Part shown: positions 7,149 to 13,815 of the stretch, in pieces
How positions within the stretch are numbered: the first letter of the stretch is position 1
Layout of the letters: each line of letters begins with the position of its first letter
Virus genome (UHGV): UHGV-0045964
DNA: 13,815 nt
Reading direction: 5' to 3' (one strand)
Source: a virus
Program-made: the position numbers and the translations under genes
Notes under the pieces: generated by a model
The model's input: the letters and a program-made list of their open reading frames with translations, nothing else
What the model was told of the DNA's origin: nothing
Database searches by the model: none

Positions 7149-10056
<2,908 letters not shown>

Positions 10057-10066
10057 NNNNNNNNNN

Positions 10067-10252
10067 AAATTGCCGCGTATTACGCCGCAGCACCGGTCCG
10101 GCTTGGAGGCGCAAAAGTGCCACACCTGATGCCGGGTGACTCACTGAACCTGCAGACGGCTCAGGACACGGATAACGGCTACTCCGTGTTTGAGCAGTCA
10201 CTGTTGCGGTATATCGCTGCCGGGCTGGGTGTCTCGTATGAGCAGCTTTCCC
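10067..10252 (+). CDS. B: Portal protein gpB, allelic internal fragment (2 of 4)
   Basis: Frame-1 piece IAAYYAAAPVRLGGAKVPHLMPGDSLNLQTAQDTDNGYSVFEQSLLRYIAAGLGVSYEQLS; the overlap with 9951-10056 differs only at synonymous sites. Confidence 0.8.
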
Positions 10253-10262
10253 NNNNNNNNNN

Positions 10263-10724
10263 AGACGGCTCAGGACACGGATAACGGCTACTCCGTTTTT
10301 GAGCAGTCGCTGCTACGGTATATCGCAGCCGGGCTGGGTGTCTCGTATGAGCAGCTTTCCCGGAATTACGCCCAGATGAGCTACTCCACGGCACGGGCCA
10401 GCGCGAACGAGTCGTGGGCGCACTTTATGGGGCGGCGAAAATTCGTCGCATCCCGTCAGGCGAGCCAGATGTTTCTGTGCTGGCTGGAAGAGGCCATCGT
10501 TCGCCGCGTGGTGACGTTACCTTCAAAAGCGCGCTTCAGCTTTCAGGAAGCCCGCAGTGCCTGGGGGAACTGCGACTGGATAGGCTCCGGTCGTATGGCC
10601 ATCGATGGTCTGAAAGAAGTTCAGGAAGCGGTGATACTGATAGAAGCCGGACTGAGCACCTACGAGAAAGAGTGCGCGAAACGCGGTGACGACTATCAGG
10701 AAATTTTTGCCCAGCAGGTCCGTG
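10263..10724 (+). CDS. B: Portal protein gpB, internal fragment (3 of 4)
   Basis: Frame-2 piece TAQDTDNGYSVFEQSLLRYIAAGLGVSYEQLSRNYAQMSYSTARASANESWAHFMGRRKFVASRQ...EIFAQQVR; the overlap with 10150-10252 differs only at synonymous sites. Confidence 0.8.
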
Positions 10725-10734
10725 NNNNNNNNNN

Positions 10735-10973
10735 TCGATGGTCTGAAAGAAGTTCAGGAAGCGGTGATGCTGATAGAAGCCGGGCTGAGTACCTACGAGA
10801 AAGAGTGTGCAAAACGCGGCGATGACTATCAGGAAATTTTTGCCCAGCAGGTCCGTGAAACGATGGAGCGTCGTGAAGCCGGTCTTAAACCACCCGCCTG
10901 GGCGGCTGCGGCATTTGAATCCGGGCTGCGACAATCAACAGAGGAGGAGAAGAGTGACAGCAGAGCTGCGTAA
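10735..10973 (+). CDS. B: Portal protein gpB, C-terminal fragment (4 of 4) with stop
   Basis: DGLKEVQEAVMLIEAGLSTYEKECAKRGDDYQEIFAQQVRETMERREAGLKPPAWAAAAFESGLRQSTEEEKSDSRAA*; stop TAA 10971-10973. Confidence 0.85.
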
Positions 10974-11189
10974 TCTCCCGCATATTGCCAGCATGGCCTT
11001 TAATGAGCCGCTGATGCTTGAACCCGCCTATGCGCGGGTTTTCTTTTGTGCGCTTGCAGGCCAGCTTGGGATCAGCCGCCTGACGGATGCGGTGTCCGGC
11101 GACAGCCTGACTGCCCAGGAGGCACTCGCGACGCTGGCATTATCCGGTGATGATAACGGACCACGACAGGCCCGCAGTTATCAGGTCAT
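10954..11189 (+). CDS. C: Head maturation protease / scaffold gpC, N-terminal fragment (1 of 4)
   Basis: GTG start at 10954 with SD gaggaggaga upstream, overlapping the B 3' end by 20 nt; (M)TAELRNLPHIASMAFNEPLMLEPAYARVFFCALAGQLGISRLTDAVSGDSLTAQEALATLALSGDDNGPRQARSYQV. Confidence 0.85.
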
Positions 11190-11199
11190 NNNNNNNNNN

Positions 11200-11526
11200 T
11201 TGGGATCAGCCGCCTGACGGATGCGGTGTCCGGTGACAGCCTGACTGCCGGAGAGGCACCCGCGACGCTGGCGTTATCCGTTAATGATGACGGACCACGA
11301 CAGGCCCGCAGTTATCAGGTCATGAACGGCATCGCCGTGCTGCCGGTGTCCGGCACGCTGGTCAGCCGGACGCGGGCGCTGAAGCCGTACTCGGGGATGA
11401 CCGGTTACAACGGCATTATCGCCCGTCTGCAACAGGCTGCCAGTGACCCGATGGTGGACGGCATTCTGCTGGATATGGACACGCCAGGCGGAATGGTGGC
11501 GGGGGCATTTGACTGCGCTGACATCA
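11200..11526 (+). CDS. C: gpC, allelic internal fragment (2 of 4)
   Basis: Frame-0 piece LGISRLTDAVSGDSLTAGEAPATLALSVNDDGPRQARSYQVMNGIAVLPVSGTLVSRTRALKPYSGMTGYNGIIARLQQAASDPMVDGILLDMDTPGGMVAGAFDCADI; overlaps 11067-11189 with a few amino-acid changes. Confidence 0.8.
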
Positions 11527-11536
11527 NNNNNNNNNN

Positions 11537-12439
11537 ACGGCATTATCGCCCGTCTGCAACAGGCTGCCAGCGATCCGATGGTGGACGGCATTCTGCTCGA
11601 TATGGACACGCCCGGCGGGATGGTGGCGGGGGCATTTGACTGCGCTGACATCATCGCCCGTGTGCGTGACATAAAACCGGTATGGGCGCTGGCCAACGAC
11701 ATGAACTGCAGTGCAGGTCAGCTGCTTGCCAGTGCCGCCTCCCGGCGTCTGGTCACGCAGACCGCCCGGACAGGCTCCATCGGCGTCATGATGGCTCACA
11801 GTAATTACGGTGCTGCGCTGGAGAAACAGGGCGTGGAAATCACGCTGATTTACAGCGGCAGCCATAAGGTGGATGGCAATCCCTACAGCCATCTTCCGGA
11901 TGACGTCCGGGAGACACTGCAGTCCCGGATGGACGCAACCCGCCAGATGTTTGCGCAGAAGGTGTCGGCATATACCGGCCTGTCCGTGCAGGCTGTGCTG
12001 GATACCGAGGCTGCAGTGTACAGCGGTCAGGAGGCCATTGATGCCGGACTGGCTGATGAACTTGTCAACAGCACCGATGCGATCACCGTTATGCGTGATG
12101 CACTGGATGCACGTAAATCCCGTCTCTCAGGAGGGCGAATGACCAAAGAGACTCAATCAACAACTGTTTCAGCCACTGCTTCGCAGGCTGACGTTACTGA
12201 CGTGGTGCCAGCGACGGAGGGCGAAAACGCCAGCGTGGCGCAGCCGGACGTGAACGCGCAGATCACCGCAGCGGTTGCGGCAGAAAACAGCCGCATTATG
12301 GGGATCCTCAACTGTGAGGAGGCTCACGGACGCGAAGAACAGGCGCGCGTTCTGGCAGAAACCCCCGGAATGACCGTGGAAACGGCCCGCCGCATTCTGG
12401 CTGCAGCACCACAGAGTGCACAGGCGCGCAGTGACACTG
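11537..12439 (+). CDS. C: gpC, main internal fragment (3 of 4), ClpP/SppA-like serine protease region
   Basis: Frame-1 piece NGIIARLQQAASDPMVDGILLDMDTPGGMVAGAFDCADIIARVRDIKPVWALANDMNCSAGQLLASAASRRLVTQTARTGSIGVMMAH...; lambda gpC by recognition; the in-frame Nu3 start lies inside it at 12139. Confidence 0.85.
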
Positions 12440-12673
12440 NNNNNNNNNNACTGTGAGGAGGCTCACGGACGCGAAGAACAGGCTCGCGTGCTGGCCGAAA
12501 CCCCCGGTATGACCGTGGAAACGGCCCGCCGCATTCTGGCAGTTGCACCACAGAGTGCACAGGCGCGCAGTGACACTGCGCTGGATCGTCTGATGCAGGG
12601 GGCACCGGCACCGCTGGCTGCAGGTAACCCGGCATCTGATGCCGTTAACGATTTGCTGAACACACCAGTGTAA
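12139..12673 (+). CDS. nu3: Scaffolding protein gpNu3, in-frame internal start within C; interrupted by the N run 12440-12449 and a duplicated overlap
   Basis: ATG 12139 preceded by SD ggaggg; MTKETQSTTVSATASQADVTDVV... shares frame and C-terminus with C, as in lambda. Confidence 0.55.
12450..12673 (+). CDS. C: gpC/gpNu3 C-terminal fragment (4 of 4) with stop
   Basis: CEEAHGREEQARVLAETPGMTVETARRILAVAPQSAQARSDTALDRLMQGAPAPLAAGNPASDAVNDLLNTPV*; stop TAA 12671-12673; overlaps 12310-12439. Confidence 0.85.
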
Positions 12674-12682
12674 GGGATGTTT

Positions 12683-13015
12683 ATGACGAGCAAAGAAACC
12701 TTTACCCATTACCAGCCGCTGGGCAACAGTGACCCGGCTCATACCGCAACCGCGCCCGGCGGATTGAGTGCGAAAGCGCCTGCAATGACCCCGCTGATGC
12801 TGGACACCTCCACCCGTAAGCTGGTTGCGTGGGATGGCACCACCGACGGTGCTGCCGTTGGCATTCTGGCGGTTGCTGCTGACCAGACCAGCACCACGCT
12901 GACGTTCTACAAGTCCGGCACGTTCCGTTATGAGGATGTGCTCTGGCCGGAGGCTGCCAGCGACGAGACGAAAAAACGGACCGCGTTTGCCGGAACGGCA
13001 ATCAGCATCGTTTAA
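12683..13015 (+). CDS. D: Head decoration protein gpD (110 aa)
   Basis: [110 protein letters not shown]; start taken at ATG 12683 (lambda-like MTSKE), not the upstream ATG at 12677. Confidence 0.9.
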   Translation: MTSKETFTHYQPLGNSDPAHTATAPGGLSAKAPAMTPLMLDTSTRKLVAWDGTTDGAAVGILAVAADQTSTTLTFYKSGTFRYEDVLWPEAASDETKKRTAFAGTAISIV

Positions 13016-13032
13016 CCTGACCCTTCATCACT

Positions 13033-13057
13033 AAAGGCCGCCTGTGCGGCTTTTTTT
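13033..13057 (+). terminator. D-E intercistronic hairpin plus T-run (partial terminator / mRNA stabiliser)
   Basis: aaaggccgc ctgt gcggc ttttttt: a 5-bp GC stem extended by A-U pairs, then T7; lies between the D stop and E start. Confidence 0.45.
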
Positions 13058-13070
13058 ACGGGATTTTTTT

Positions 13071-13512
13071 ATGTCGATGTACACAACCGCCCAGCTGCTG
13101 GCGGCAAATGAGCAGAAATTTAAGTTTGATCCGCTGTTTCTGCGTCTCTTTTTCCGTGAGAGCTATCCCTTCACCACGGAGAAAGTCTATCTCTCACAAA
13201 TTCCTGGACTGGTAAACATGGCGCTGTACGTTTCGCCGATTGTTTCCGGTGAGGTTATCCGTTCCCGTGGCGGCTCCACCTCTGAATTTACGCCGGGATA
13301 TGTCAAACCCAAGCATGAAGTGAATCCGCAGATGACCCTGCGTCGCCTGCCGGATGAAGATCCGCAGAATCTGGCGGACCCGGCTTACCGTCGCCGTCGC
13401 ATCATCATGCAGAACATGCGTGACGAAGAGCTGGCCATTGCCCAGGTGGAAGAGATGCAGGCAGTTTCTGCCGTGCTTAAGGGCAAATACACCATGACCG
13501 GTGAAGCCTTCG
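13071..13512 (+). CDS. E: Major capsid protein gpE, N-terminal fragment (1 of 3)
   Basis: ATG 13071; MSMYTTAQLLAANEQKFKFDPLFLRLFFRESYPFTTEKVYLSQIPGLVNMALYVSPIVSGEVIRSRGGSTSEFTPGYVKPKHEV...KGKYTMTGEAF; lambda gpE by recognition. Confidence 0.9.
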
Positions 13513-13522
13513 NNNNNNNNNN

Positions 13523-13678
13523 AAGATCCGCAGAATCTGGCGGACCCGGCTTACCGCCGCCGTCGCATCATCCTGCAGAACATGCGTGACGAAGAGCTGG
13601 CCATTGCTCAGGTCGAAGAGATGCAGGCAGTTTCTGCCGTGCTCAAGGGCAAATACACCATGACCGGTGAAGCCTTCG
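13523..13678 (+). CDS. E: gpE, allelic internal fragment (2 of 3)
   Basis: DPQNLADPAYRRRRIILQNMRDEELAIAQVEEMQAVSAVLKGKYTMTGEAF (one M to L change versus fragment 1); ends on the same sequence (gaagccttcg) as fragment 1. Confidence 0.8.
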
Positions 13679-13688
13679 NNNNNNNNNN

Positions 13689-13815
13689 CCCGTGGCGGCT
13701 CCACCTCTGAATTTACGCCGGGTTATGTCAAGCCGAAGCATGAGGTGAATCCGCAGATGACCCTGCGTCGCCTGCCGGATGAAGATCCGCAGAATCTGGC
13801 GGACCCGGCTTACCG
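13689..13815 (+). CDS. E: gpE, third variant internal fragment (3 of 3), runs off the window
   Basis: SRGGSTSEFTPGYVKPKHEVNPQMTLRRLPDEDPQNLADPAYR; re-covers 13263-13389 with synonymous differences (ggA/ggT, aaA/aaG, ccC/ccG, gaA/gaG). Confidence 0.8.

Overview
This window is the late-gene to head-gene part of lambdoid (lambda / phage 21 / DLP12-like) prophage DNA from an E. coli-like enterobacterium. It is not one continuous molecule: 13 runs of exactly 10 N separate pieces whose ends overlap the preceding piece at near-identity, so it reads as an unmerged or graph-flattened assembly of at least two co-resident, closely related prophages. Content in order: an intact prophage-borne OmpC-family porin (NmpC/Lc-like, minus strand); a lysis cassette of phage-21-type pinholin and SAR endolysin with lambda-type Rz and nested Rz1; Bor lipoprotein; a YlcI-like small protein; a first cos site cut off by a gap; an alternative cos-proximal segment carrying a KilA-N domain gene coupled to an 85-aa ORF; a second complete cos site; then head genes Nu1, A, W, B, C/Nu3, D and the start of E, broken into overlapping allelic fragments. 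I found no tRNA, rRNA, CRISPR array or transposase. The best candidate for something undescribed is the KilA-N plus 85-aa pair in the lysis-to-cos cargo slot, but its function is unknown and its placement is uncertain. All identifications rest on reading the translations and motifs; no database search was possible.
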